A DNA stretch of 64,000 nt from Octopus vulgaris (lineage: Eukaryota). The stretch lies in NCBI GenBank assembly GCA_951406725.2, contig OX597821.1:88102001-88166000 (forward strand), in the 5' to 3' direction. A program made the translations under genes and the position numbers. Position 1 is the first letter of the stretch. Every line of letters begins with the position of its first letter. Positions 26,881 to 40,295 of the stretch are shown here, piece by piece. Under the pieces are notes generated by a model. It ran no database searches. It saw only the letters and a list, made by a program, of their open reading frames with translations, and was not told the origin of the DNA.

Positions 26881-26970
26881 CAAAAATGTGTATGTTAAAA
26901 GGAGGGGAATGGTCAAAAGGAATAGGTGAGGAAAGAAGAAATAAATAAACAAGAAAAGAAAATACATATA

Positions 26971-27185
26971 CCAGATGTGCTGAAAAGTTTGTGGCTTTAA
27001 GGGTTTCGTGAAAGGCCTGATCGGAGGCCCAAACTTCCCAATTCTTTTACAGGGCTTAGAAAAACTGAAGAACTGCTGCAATAAATAGGTGTATCAGAGT
27101 GGGGAATATGTTGCATAAAATCATAATTAACTGATCCTCCTTTTCTTCTTTTATCCCAAACCAGGAACTTTTCAGTAACACGTCG
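26971..27185 (+). mobile_element. Mariner-derived MITE
   Basis: Imperfect TIRs ccagatgtgctgaaaagtttgtgg / ccaggaacttttcagtaacacgtcg with TA flanks; retains GLEKLKNCCNK*VYQSGEYV, like a mariner transposase C-terminus. Confidence 0.78.
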
Positions 27186-28036
27186 TATATGAAATATTCC
27201 TCTTTATAAACACATGCGCACACACATACACAGACACACATATACCTGTATATGTGTATGATTATACATAGACACATTCTTGTTCTTTTTCGCACAGGAA
27301 AACACACACACACGCAAACACCCATGCAGAAACACGCACACATATGCACGCACATGCAAATAGACGTACGCATATACAAGGAAACATTAAAAATACACCA
27401 CGATACACTCTTCTATTTTAGCAAATAATCAAATAAATCTTATTGCACTTTTATAAACAGATCTGCATGTAATATTCTACACAATTTCATACTACGATGA
27501 CACCCCCTTAATTGTATGCAGTGCAAAATGAAACAACAATTTTGCGAAAAGAAATCTTATTGACATAAACAGGAAGAATTCTGCAAAGTAGCTAATTTGT
27601 TTGCTGAACCGAAGAATTAGTGCCAATAATAGTAAATTGTTATCTGTTTTGACTAGCCAACACGCTTCTCCATGCATGTATCTCTTTCACCATTCCTATC
27701 TGAAAGAACTTCACCTAACAGTGATCTGTTAGATTTGTTACTCTCTTTATTTTTCCTGTTGTACGTGTTTCTCATTCTCTATCTCTCCTGTTTTTATGTA
27801 TCTTTATTCCTCTCCATATTTCTCTCTCCCCTGTCTCTCTCTCTCTCTCTCTCTATCTCTCTACCCTGTATGCATGTATGTGCATTTGTGTGTTTAGCGA
27901 GTTTAATATAACGTCTAACTATTGAAACAATGCGTACAAACTCACGCTAACAGGCATGCTCACATATACACACGTTTATTTTCATCCATGCACAACTTTG
28001 TTCTACTTTTTCTTTTTATATCAATATTTATTCATA

Positions 28037-28830
28037 CATTAATACTTCGCAGTACGAGTTTAATTCGTTCCATGACCGAGCTTGTCTTATGATTTACTCG
28101 TTTTCCAAATCAGTTTTCCCCATTGAAATTAACTAAAATATAATTAATCCGTCCCAGTCCCCGCAAAACCACTCAAAAATAATTTTTTATGAGTTTTAAA
28201 ACAGAAAATGAGTAGTTACAAATAAAATGACAATTGGGATGGAAGCACTCCGTCGGTTACGACGACGAGGGTTCCGGTTGATCCGATTCAACGGAACAGC
28301 CTGCTCGTGAAATTAACGTGTAAGTGGCTGAGCACTCCACAGACACGTGTACCCTTAACGTAGTTCTCGGGGATATTCAGCGTGACACAGAGAGTGACAA
28401 GGCCGGCCCTTTGAAATACAGGTACAATAGAAACAGGAAGTAAGAGTGAGAGAAAGTTGTGGTGAAAGAGTACAGCAGGGATCACCACCATCCCCTGCCG
28501 GAGCCTCGTGGAGCTTTAGGTGTTTTCGCTCAATAAACACTCACAACGCCCGGTCTGGGAATCGAAACCGCGATCCTACGACCGAGAGTCCGCAGCCCTA
28601 ACCACTAGGCCATTGCGCCTCAGCAAAATGACAATTACAGAAAAATAAAAAAATAATTCAAAAGAAATATGTAAACTGGTTTTATTAATTGAATTACTAT
28701 AAAGATGGGACGATTCGTGTGCTCGTACTGCGGATTTCCGCTCGTACTTCGAGACAAAAATTCGCGCGAGTCTCGGCTCGTACAGCAAATTACTCGTACA
28801 ACAGTGCACTCATACTGCGAGGTTCTACTG
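28037..28830. mobile_element. Tigger/pogo-like MITE interrupted by a SINE C
   Basis: Right end actcatactgcgaggttctactg|TA; decayed left counterpart cattaatacttcgcagtacgagt; ctcgtac subterminal repeats. Confidence 0.7.
28236..28624 (-). mobile_element. SINE family C, full length
   Basis: Minus-strand head gaggcgcaatggcctagtggttaggg...ggtttcgattccc (A and B boxes); 12-bp TSD aaaatgacaatt at 28224-28235 and 28625-28636. Confidence 0.95.
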
Positions 28831-29019
28831 TATTTTAATTCTTTGTAATTTATTTAGAAGAGTAAAATTTCTAAATCAATGGCCAACCTTTCAGCTCTTC
28901 AGTTTCATATACAAAGAATAAAGCTATTTTGTACTGCTGCTTCTTCATATTAAGGTATACGTGACAGGGTCTGAATTTTTAATTGGTAGATTTATACGCC
29001 CTCCTTTACTGTGAATCTT

Positions 29020-30250
29020 TCGTCTACCCAGTGTACCCTTATTTATCTCATTGTAACTATCTCTTCTCGAATATGGTCTACTAGTTCACCAAAGCTGTGG
29101 GTCCCAAGAAAAACCCGGTACTCCTCTCTTTTGCCTCTAGATTTTGTTTGGTTCACACAGAAATGCTACTTCTTTTAAGAGATACCTATAATTAAATTAT
29201 TAGACCAGTTGACATTGTAAACAGTTTCATTCTTCGAGATTTGAATACATTCTTTAATGCTTCCTGCTAATGGAACTTTGGTAAACATATCTTTACGCCT
29301 TAACTGAAGACAATGAATATATCCTTCGTTTTGCTTAATCCTAAGCTTAAAATGTTTGTTTCCGAGTGTATTGTTTAAACCTTATCATATTACTCGGTGG
29401 TTTGTGTGTTGGTTTATTTATTTGAGATACTTTTATGTAAGGAAAGGCGTTGTGTTTATGCAGTTTAACCGGTCCAGATAGACAGGATATTCAGCTTAAC
29501 TTTTAACTAGATATTATCATCACATTGAATAATTTATCCTTTTGTTTGTATCGATGAGTATATCCTTATCTGTCGCAAAATATCCGTCTTCATACAAGAT
29601 TTCGAAGATCTTTACTTTATCACACTTACATCTTGTGATGTTTTTTTTTTTTTTTTAATCTTCAAGAACTTGTTACATCTCGGACTGAGCATTTGTTTAT
29701 TGTGTGTGAGAAAGTATTTTTATTACATTCACCTCATGTAAGTCTTGGGGTTTATCGGCAATGGTTATAATGGTTTCATATTTCAGATATTGTAGGATTT
29801 ACTATAGTAACTTGATTTCGGTGTTTCTCTTTTCCTTACATTTCTGATGTCAGTGGAAGGAAGATGGTTTCGAAGACCAAGAAATGTAATATAGTCTGGC
29901 TTAAATGGGTATCTGTGTGCCGTGAGCGATGGAGGGGTTTATACATCAATCTATTATTCTTTGTTTTCTTATTTACTTAATTTATTTACATTGTTGTGTC
30001 AAATTCATCAAGAAAGCGATACCTGTAGAATATCAAGAACTGAATATGTTTATTGTTAAATAAACGTAATCTTAGTGATTTATCGATATTTTTTTTTTAT
30101 CTGCAGAATTTCCACCTGAACGTTTTCAAAATGCCTCTTTGCGGTGGGAGTTTGTCATCCGATCAATTTCTTTCGAAATTCTGTCGTTCACTTTTCTGCG
30201 TTTTATCATGCAGTTTCATATTTCTATGGTTGAAAAACTGCATACTTTTC
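29020..30250 (-). pseudogene. Decayed Penelope-like reverse transcriptase
   Basis: Minus-strand motifs in the expected order: ITIADK, GPVKLHK (GLPKIHK-like), VKDMFTKVP (DVxSLFTNVP-like), RQKRGVP..LGPT, WVDE (YVDD-like); heavily disrupted. Confidence 0.7.
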
Positions 30251-30313
30251 ACATGTTTTCTATTCAAATACGTGATTGTATTGAAGATTTATGTTTTTTC
30301 TTATTTTCATATA

Positions 30314-30727
30314 GGCGCAGGAGTGGCTGTGTGGTAAATAGCTTGCTAACCAACCACATGGTTCTGGGTTCAGTCCCACTGCGTGGCATCTTGGGCAAGT
30401 GTCTTCTGCTATAGCCCCGAGCCGACCAATACCTTGTGAGTGGATTTGGTAGACGGAAACTGAAAGAAGCCTGTCGTATATATGTATATATATGTATATA
30501 TGTGTGTGTGTTTGTGTGTGTTTTTGTCCCCCTAGCATTGCTTGACAACCGATGCTGGTGTGTTTACGTCCCCGTTACTTAGCGGTTCGGCAAAAAGAGA
30601 CCGATAGAATAAGTACTGGGCTTACAAAGAATAAGTCCCGGGGTCGATTTGCTCGACTAAAGGCGGTGCTCCAGCATGGCCGCAGTCAAATGATTGAAAC
30701 AAGTAAAGGAGTAAAAGAGTAAAAGAG
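30314..30727 (+). mobile_element. SINE family A, full length
   Basis: Near-identical to 5380-5826. Confidence 0.95.
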
Positions 30728-31220
30728 TTCTTTCGCTGTTTGTTAGGAACATTGAAGTTCCACAATAATTGGTCCTTATAGTCTCATCCACATAGTGAAA
30801 TAACGTTGGCATGCGATCATAGGATCGAGTATGGTGGACAGAGTTAATATGATAGGGGGTACATATCACCGTCTGAATTTGAATTTATGTTATTGGGGTT
30901 ATACTTAATCATTCAAGAGATTATTTTTTTGTCATGTATGTCAGTGACTATGGATACTTTCACCACATAAAAAAAAATTACACAAAATTTATGCGATTGT
31001 GTATAAAGACCATTATTCAGACATAAAAATAATGCATAAAATCGATCACATAATTACTACCAACGGAAACCATATCAAAATAGATGCGTACGTGTGTTAA
31101 ACGGATATGTATCTACAATTAGTGTAACGCTCTAATGCAGGACATATATGGACAGATGTATTTCTGCGTCTTTCTATATATAAATACTAGTAAATGACAC
31201 ACATGCATATACTTTCATGC

Positions 31221-31287
<67 letters not shown>

Positions 31288-31289
<2 letters not shown>

Positions 31290-31476
31290 TTAGGGAATAA
31301 ATCCAGACTTACAGGGAAAAATTAGAGTTAGGATTAAATCCAATTTTATATTATAAATATATTATACTATATTATATTAAATTAGAGATAAAACCACTAT
31401 TAGGCAAATCAAACAGTGAAAAACATAAGCCAATACATAAAATTAATTGATTTGCCTAATAGTCGTTTATCACTAA

Positions 31477-31482
<6 letters not shown>
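31288..31482. mobile_element. Microsatellite-embedded element with partial inverted repeat (PLE-terminus-like)
   Basis: attaaattagagataaaaccactattaggcaaatcaa (about 31376-31412) is inverted at about 31447-31482; homolog at about 60050-60112. Confidence 0.55.
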
Positions 31483-31524
<42 letters not shown>

Positions 31525-31659
31525 ATGTGTGTGTGTGTGTGTGTAGATATATATAAAGAGAGAGAAAGAAAGAGAGGGGGAGAATGAGTGAGGAGAAAAG
31601 GTAGAAAGGTCAAGTTATAAGATATCAAACCTAAACACAAAAAATATGGAGAACAGAGG

Positions 31660-32495
31660 ATGCAAAATAGAAAGAGTTGGGCAAACACGTAAAAAAAAGA
31701 GCTGTCACAAAGATAAGAGAAAGTGGGTAGAAGATAAAGCAGTAGAAGCACAAAATACAGCGGACGCTAACTACAGTAGGACACTCTACTGGATAGTTAG
31801 AGAACTGAGTAGAAGCCGTAGTGAGAGCAGTGTTCCACTTAGGATTAAGGAAGGCTTTGTCCTAACAACAAGTGAAACACAGAGTCAAAGATGGATCGAG
31901 CACTTTCATGGGGTTTTGAACCAACCACCACCTGATGACCTGTTGGACCTAGATTAGGAACCAGAAATTGCTCAGCTGAACGTACAAAGGAACGACATCG
32001 AAGAGCATGAGGTGTTCGAAGCCATAAACAGTTTGAAGAACAATAAAGCAGCAGGACTGGAGGAAATCTCGGTTGAAATACTCAAACAAAGGAAAGGAAT
32101 AATCTTTAAAGAGCTCACCTACCTGTTTAACCAGATTTGGAAGAAGGAGAATATACCTGGTGATTGGTGACTTGAAATGATCGTCTCACTCCCAAAGGAA
32201 GATTGTACCAGGGATTGTAACAACTAGCGCAGAATTATGCTGCTGTCGGTACCAGAGAAAGTATACAGAACCGATTAAAGACGGAAGCTGATAAACTTTT
32301 CCATGAAGAGCAAGCTGGGTTTAGAAGTGGGAGATCGTGTGCTGAACAGATATTTATACTGCGCAATATTATTGAACAATGCTGAGAGTTCAAAAAGCGT
32401 TTTGTAGTCAACAACACCGACTTCAAGAAGGCTTTCGATAGTATTCACAGAGAATCACTATGGAGAATTCTGAAACTTTATGGCGTCCCCAAAAA
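31660..32495 (+). pseudogene. RTE-clade LINE ORF fragment (pre-RT linker and N-terminal RT)
   Basis: RWIEHFHGVLN, LKNNKAAGLEEI, EEQAGFRSGRSCAEQIFILRNIIE, DFKKAFDSIHRESLWRILKLYGVP; several stops and frameshifts. Confidence 0.9.
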
Positions 32496-35382
32496 GCACA
32501 GCATGCTACAGTTAGGATTTATTGAAAATACAAACAAAAAAGACAAATTGGCAAATATATATTACCTTTCAGATCTTACGTGCCAAAAGCACCTGTTATA
32601 TTGCCAGTTGGCCATTTCACGTCTTACGTTAAATTCTCTGTAATCTTTAGATTTTCAGCTATTTGTCCTGAGAGTAAGAATAAAAATATATTTAAGGGTT
32701 TTGAGAATTTTATTTATAAACATATAATCTTCCATAAAAGCAATGTTTACATTAAAATATTCTGTCAATTTTCATCCGGCGTCTTGTGAATAGTGAATAA
32801 ATTTTTATCCACAGTTTAATGTTTAAATATAACTTTTGAATAAATTTTGCATTCGAAGTTAAATTTTCTTATATTTAAAAAGAATTATTTTAAGGTTAAT
32901 TCATAATATAATTTTCTTCTATTTTCGTTTCATCAGAACCTTGATCATGCTGTTTTAGGACATCCAGTTTGTGTTCTAAGTGATATGTGCTTGTTCGCAT
33001 TTTTTTTTTATTATATTGGGAATTTTAGTGACATTGCTCTGGGAGATGTTTAAATTTTTAGCTATTTCAGTATGTATTTGACTTGCTCTCCAGCCACAGA
33101 TATTATTTTGAGCTCAAGCAGTTTCCGATCTTTCATACACTGTAAACATATTTAAACTTTTGTTGCAAGGTGAAAGATTTAATTTTTTCGCATCACTTCC
33201 TGTAGGGTTTTTTCTAACTTATATGAAGCAACAGAATCTACTGATGCAAATCGATGTTCTATCAAATATGATTGCATCTGAAGTACTATTCTTGAATTAA
33301 TTTACATATATTATTCCAAACAATCGCCAAAACTACAACAAGCCAGTAGATGCGAAGTTTTTACCTTCATTGAAATGCAAGCAAAATAATTTTATGACTT
33401 TTGCTGCTATTACATCTTTAGTGAAATAAAAGTGCGGTTGGTTATTGAATGGTTGAAGTAGTAAATGAACGAAGAGGAAAATAAGAAATGAATAAAGAGA
33501 GTCTATCTATTAAACATAAGTCTTTTTATTCACTAATATTCAAAATCTCAACACGTCGGTTGGGTTACAGAGAACTTAACTCATTGAAGTATAAAGCGAA
33601 TATAAAATTTATGATTGTATGAATAAACCTTTTGTTGGCGTGTATATTTTTCCCTCTGGCGTGTGTATTAACTATGTGTGACTGTATGACCATTGTATCT
33701 TAACGTTAAGAAAATATTAAAGTTTACCTTAGACCAATAAATTATTCGACTGCTAGAGTGGGAGAGAAAAATAATAATATCCTGCCTAATAACCGAGAAT
33801 AGCGGAAGCCAGTCTATCGACTGAGAAAGCTGCTCTGTGACTATTTCTGTTGAACCACAGACCGAGAGGCCACGAATGTGTTTGCTACCTGTTCACAAAA
33901 TTAGTCTGAAGGTTCATGGAACAGTCAAGTAAATTTTGTCATGAAATCTGTGCGTGTGTGCAAGAAAATGACAGTGCATGCAAATCTGAACACCCGGACT
34001 CCGAGTTAAAATCTTAACCTACTAAAGATATCTTCTGTGTTGCAGTGCACCCAACACCAGAGCTGAAGACACCTCCGAAAGGTGGGGGAGGGGGCACAAC
34101 GTCAAAACGGTAGAGGAGTAGGGGCCGAAACCGGACGTAGTTCCTCCTGATAATGTCTTGAGTTAACTGGATCCTATAAAGGAGCTGTTGTGGTAGCAGA
34201 CCACATAATACGGTTGAAATTCCTATTCATTTGAATGATATTTATCCTTTTTGTTTGTAATGTATAAATAGAGCATTTATCAAAGTAGGTTTCATGAACA
34301 GGCAAGTATTAGTCCTTATACCTCTTTTTCAGATTTACTCTTCAATATATGAAAAGCTAGGAAACAGAATAATGATTATGATTTCCTTAGTATAACAATC
34401 GCTCATGACATGCAAATTTTCACGTTGTTAGGTTGTACTTTTAAGCTCAAATCTGAAGCCGTCGAGAGCACTTCAAGAACACTTCAGAAACAAATATGTC
34501 GGACCTGATGTTGATGGACGTAATAGTAATAATATTTGATGATGAACATCAAAAGTCTTTGTTACAGTTCTAGCCGAAGTCATCTGACTTTTTCAAAGTT
34601 GGAATTTGTTTTTGAAAAAATAAGAAAAAAGAACACTGCAAAAGTACATCTTCCTTCATAAAAGTTGACATATAAAGTGGCTAAATCTAAAAAGTGCCAT
34701 GCAATTTTAGATCTCCTGAAGACATATTAATGGCAATGTCAGCAGTTATAGTGAATAAATTTCCTTTACAACGGAATTAGTGAATTGAATGAAGATATTT
34801 TAAAACCAAATTATCTCAGATGTTAGAGATGGCTTTTCAAAATGATGTTTCCAGATTTAGTCGGCTCCTCATATTAATCAGGTATAGCAGTGAATATACT
34901 ATGCATGATTTCCTAATAAGGGTTGATACAATTGGAGAAATACATCTTTAGAAAACATAACTTTGATATCGATATCAATCTTTCTATTAACTAGTTGGAC
35001 TCTTGCTTGTATTGAAATGGGTCGAGCTTTTCTGTACAGATAAAAGAGGAAATTTAGACACAAATATTTCTTCACTGACATGCTTTGCAATGAGATATAT
35101 TGTCTATATATTGCTACTTCCGTTTATGGACGGCTAAATACGTATAACCCTCACCTGTGACCCTAAAATCCGGGTAAATTTTTAGCGTCGCCATCTTGAC
35201 AGTAGTGAACTGGGGTCACCAATTTATTTATCGACAGCTAAAGATTCTAGAGGGGATTAGAAGTCAGTGTATCGAACGAATAATTTAAATCCTTCTGTCC
35301 ATTGCACTAACGCAAAACTACTCCATCGAGCAATAGTGCTAGGTACTGCGAGGGCTTGAGTAGACGTGGGTATCAGCATGAA

Positions 35383-35517
35383 ATGGTTACATACCCTAAG
35401 ATTGGCCCTACAATCCTACGGTATCTAAGTTGTTTATATACGTGATGTTAAAACCACAATTTCAAATCAGAATGTACACGTGTACATCTGCATGTGAATA
35501 GACATGCATATAAATTC

Positions 35518-35553
<36 letters not shown>

Positions 35554-35711
35554 GAGAGAGAAAGGGAGTGTAATATGGATAAAATTTATATGCATGTCAC
35601 ATGCAGACGTACACGTATACATTCTGATTTGAAATTGTGTCTTTAACATCACGTATACAAAGAACTTAAATACCGTTGGTTTGTAGGGCCAATCATGGGA
35701 TATGTAACCAT
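35383..35711. repeat. Long inverted repeat (about 130-bp arms) around a (GA)n tract; MITE or fold-back
   Basis: atggttacataccctaagattggccctacaa...gcatataaatt is mirrored by aatttatatgc...ttgtagggccaatcatgggatatgtaaccat. Confidence 0.85.
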
Positions 35712-36174
35712 GGTATGTATGTATGTCATATGTAATTTACTTAAATGTACATATGTCATTGAAAGACAAATTTCTGCAGTATTCATTACGAGATGCAATC
35801 TGTTATGGATTCGCTGTATTTAGAAACATAATATATATTGGAGAGGGAGACAATAATTGCCAAACAGCTTTTAGTGAGAACGCCAGATGCATTTCGGCCG
35901 TGTTGGAATTTTTCAGTGGTGTATACTCACACCCAGCCAGATGTTATTCATCGTCTTCGATATATTGGTAACTAGGAATAAAACATTCGCTGGTGCTTAA
36001 TGAAAGACCGTTGTATGCAATATCAGCAGTATTAAATTAGCCATCTATTAAAGTAGCCATCTATGCATCATATTTAATTTACTGCAGTATTAGTCCAAAA
36101 AACAGTATATTCAATGATCGTGCTGGGATGCTTTCTCTAAATGCTTCGGACAATTTTCTTCTCCTCCAATATAT

Positions 36175-36560
36175 GTGAGTGAAAGCACTCCGTCAGTTAC
36201 GACGACGAGGGTTCCGGTTGATCCGATCAACGGAACAGCCTACTCGTGAAATTAACGTGTAAGTGGCTGAGCACTCCACAGACACGTGTACCCTTAACGT
36301 AGTTCTCGGGGATATTCAGCGTGACACAGAGAGTGACAAGGCCGGCCCTTTGAAATACGGGTACAACAGAAATAGGAAGTAAGAGTGAGAGAAAGTTGTG
36401 ATGAAAGAGTACAGCAGGGATCACCACCATCCCCTGCCAGAGCCTCATGGAGCTTTAGGTGTTTTCGCTCAATAAACACTCACAACGCCCGGTCTGGGAA
36501 TCGAAACCGCGATCCTACGACCGCGAGTCCGCTGCCCTAACCACTGGGCCATTGCGCCTC
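36175..36560 (-). mobile_element. SINE family C, full length
   Basis: Near-identical to 28236-28624; TSD ctcctccaatatat at 36161-36174 and 36558-36571. Confidence 0.95.
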
Positions 36561-37406
36561 CTCCAATATATATTGTATTATGTGTGAAAGAGATAAGGTA
36601 AAATGAGAGAAAGTGACAGAAAGGCAAATGGTTAGAGACAGGGGTAAAGAAATAAAAAGTGGTAGTGAGAACAAGAAGGAAATATGATGGGAAAGTGAGA
36701 AGATGAAAAAAAAAGTGAGAAAAAACGAGGAATTAGGGAGGAGGTAAAGATAGAATGGTTACAGCACGACGGAATCATATATATGTAGATGAGCGATAAT
36801 AGTAGAATATTGTGTGCACTAGAAATCTAGTACGGAAGCTTAAAGTGGAACAGGGAATCATCTAATGGAAAAGGACAAATTAACAATGGGACACGTCTCT
36901 TCGGTCATGGAAGCCACAATCCGCATAGTTTCGACGCATTTAACCCGACCATTACCATTTTCAAACGCATTATATGTGATGTGTGAGTAAGGGAGATATG
37001 AAAGAAAGTTGTCGGTAATTTCTAGAGATCTAATGAACAGGAAGAAATTCCTTTGTATCGTCAGGTCATACGTAATCTTGGAGAGTTGTGCCTAGAGCGT
37101 ACCTGCTATGACCATCCCATTTTTATTTTAGAAACAATATACCTTGGGTGACATTATCAAGTACGTCCTGTCCTTCTTAGGACTACAGCATGTTATCAAA
37201 AGGTAGCTTCGGTCGTGCTCCAGCAGGGTATCAGTTGTTGGATGACTGTGGACAATGGCTGTTACTGTTATTTATGTTACAGACGTTGTGGCAACTGTAG
37301 GTATTTTTCATCATCCATGTTGTTCATATTTCAAATATGCACCGCTAAGTTCTCTGTCTCTCTATTTATCCGTTTATCTGCCTTTCATCAATATGTACTT
37401 CCTCTC

Positions 37407-37540
37407 TGTGTAGTAAGAAGTTTGCTTCGCAACCACATGGTTTCGGGTTCAGTTCCACTGCATGGCACCTTGAGCAAGTGTCTTCTACTATAGCCTCGAG
37501 CCGACCAAAGCCTTGTGAGTGGATTTGGTAGATCGAAACT
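37407..37540 (+). mobile_element. SINE family A head only
   Basis: aaccacatggtttcgggttcagttccactgcatggcaccttgagcaagtg...gtggatttggtaga. Confidence 0.85.
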
Positions 37541-37993
37541 TACATAATTATTGTCAGTTTTGCAAACGAAGTAGCGTACTCTTCCCTGAAACATTAGGGA
37601 TCGCATTTACTCTGATCAGCATTCGCTAAATAGCCTCTCACCCAACAAATATGATCGAGTAATCCTGGAGGTGTCTCTTATATTTCTCAGTTATTCTATC
37701 GTAAACACCACTAGTTGGAGTTTTTTTTTTTTACTACCAATTGCTTGGATAATCTCCAATGATCGATTTTTGTTCAAAAATACTGCATTACACATGTGAG
37801 ATTCTCACTACATTTATATTTCGTATGAAGGATGCTCCGTAGGGTATTTTTTGCAGTCATATTGTTCAAAAACTCAATAATATCGGATATAATTTTTAAC
37901 TGTCCACTTTCAATTGGTTTATTTTCTATATACATGTGTGCATGTCATGTTGGATAGAGTTCAACATATGCCTAGGATCTGATATATATGTCA

Positions 37994-38064
<71 letters not shown>

Positions 38065-38116
38065 ATCTATATATATATATATCTGTCTGTCTGTCTATCT
38101 ATTTATCTATCTTTAA

Positions 38117-38152
<36 letters not shown>

Positions 38153-38203
38153 TGTATGCATATATATACATATATTTATACACACATATTTATGGGTATG
38201 TAC

Positions 38204-38238
<35 letters not shown>

Positions 38239-38986
38239 CGTGTGTGTGTGTGTGTCTATAAACATATGTGTGCTTGTATTAGTATGTATGTATATGTATA
38301 TGTATAAATAGAAATATAATATGTGACAATCATTCGGTAGCCATGATGAAACTCCTGAAAATAGCACTTATGCTTTGATATGAAACTGTAGAATTATGCA
38401 CGACATCCTTTTTTTTTATTTTTCAGCGTTTTCAGAAATTTTTTGCGAATATGTATTCTACATGCAGGACTTCATACGAATATGTGAAAAAAAAAATTGT
38501 GGAGGACCGTGATTTAAGGCCTAGGCCCATTTAGTTGCTATTTTTAGCACACATGACAACCATCTCGATGACTTTGTGACAAAACAATTCGGTCGATAAC
38601 CAAGTCCGCTTGTTTCAATACAAATAGACGCCTCATGCGAGAAGTCAAATCGATGAAAGTGAATCCTTATTCTAGGCATGCCTATATATGAATAAATGCA
38701 AAATTGATTTCTAAACAATTTTTTTCCCCACAAAATGTTCACATCACATGCCAAAATCTCAAATCGCCCAACATTTTCTAGAAATTCACACATCGCCCAC
38801 CCGTAAGTTGAAATTGCTATGATATAAAATATTGTTTATACCTATGCCTCCTACTGTAGCTGATAACTAGTAATACTACTAAGTATTGAAGTTACTTAAG
38901 TATACTGGAAGTAAACAGGATTACAATTATCTACGTGGCACTGTAGATATGACAGTAGCAGTTGTTTATCTGCATGCACAATTTTA

Positions 38987-39054
<68 letters not shown>

Positions 39055-39401
39055 CACAACCACGTGTGCACATAGAAACTTACAAATATTTTTAGAAGCG
39101 GCGAATGTGTATCGTACAATACAGACAAAAAGGTAATATTTCAAATGCAGTATCGCCGTTATAACAGCAGAATAAATTGGGTATTATTACCTTTACAAGG
39201 TAGAAAAAGATGTTAAGAAACAGCCATGGGAATCGAACCCATATCCCCCCAGACACCGGCGTAATGGTGTCTGGATGATTGTGTGACTGCGTTTTAACAA
39301 AGGAGCCCATGAAAAAAGGCACTTCATCAGGAGTTTTGAAAAGCAGTGTGTCGTATTCATAGTGAGTTGGCTGCCACCATGTTACACACAGATATGTGTA
39401 C

Positions 39402-39451
<50 letters not shown>

Positions 39452-39779
39452 GTATCTATATGTTGTCTCATGTCCACATTCCTCAGCTCTAACGTCACGG
39501 GAAACTGTTCTATAATCTGAGATAAACTGACGAATTAGAAGAGCTGCTTCGACATTAGTTTGACTGGCAAAGTGACCCTGTCACTACACACAAAGGTTGC
39601 AGTTTATAGAAAATGCGTCATTAACACTCGCAACCACATGGTTCCAGCTTCAGCTCCACTGCGTGGTACCTTGGGCAAGTGTCTTCTACTATAGCCTCGG
39701 GCCGACCAGAAACTTGTAAGTTGATTTCGTAGATCGAAAACTGACAGAAGCCCGTCATATATATATAGATATATATATA

Positions 39780-40295
39780 ATTCAAAATAAGAAAATGGAG
39801 AAATACATCTAAATCAAATATCAATTACCAGATAATACTCAATCACATACTTTATTAAACCACCACATAAGAAACTATAGGGTTAAACATAAAAAAGTAG
39901 AGCAAAACAGTGTACATAAAGGAGTATACATAAAAAAGTGTACATAAAAGAGTAATGTTATACAATAAGTATAATATATATAAGAGAATATAAATGTAAG
40001 TAAATGTAAATATAAATATAGATTACATCTTACAGCTGTTTCGGCCATGTTACTCATATTAGCCTTTTATTGTAGGTCAATATGTAGTTATAAATGAGAT
40101 ATTTACAAAAATATCATAAGGCCTCTTCGGAGATTATGTGATATAAATCAGTCTATATATATATACCTATATGGGTGCGGGTACATACCCATAATACATC
40201 ATAGACATATACTCATGAGTGCATATACTCACACTCCTATACATATAAATACATACATATACATAATGATATAAATAATATAAATTAGTAAACAT
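39780..40295 (-). mobile_element. Probable PLE pLTR fragment nested in SINE A
   Basis: TA-bounded insert that contains a minus-strand hammerhead fold. Confidence 0.6.
40027..40134 (-). ncRNA. Type I hammerhead ribozyme-like motif (U4C core, long loop II)
   Basis: Minus strand ATCT-CCGAAGA-GGCC-(about 73 nt)-GGCC-GAAA-CAGCTG-TA-AGAT; all three stems pair. Confidence 0.72.

Noticed and set aside
28540-28621. tRNA gene on the minus strand (also 36480-36560 and 40765-40844)
   Set aside because: tRNA-derived SINE head continuing into SINE body, with TSDs at two copies; no proper acceptor stem.
34063-34090. CTGAAGA-CACCT(ccgaa)AGGTG hammerhead half
   Set aside because: Followed by GGGGA instead of GAAA; no stems I or III.
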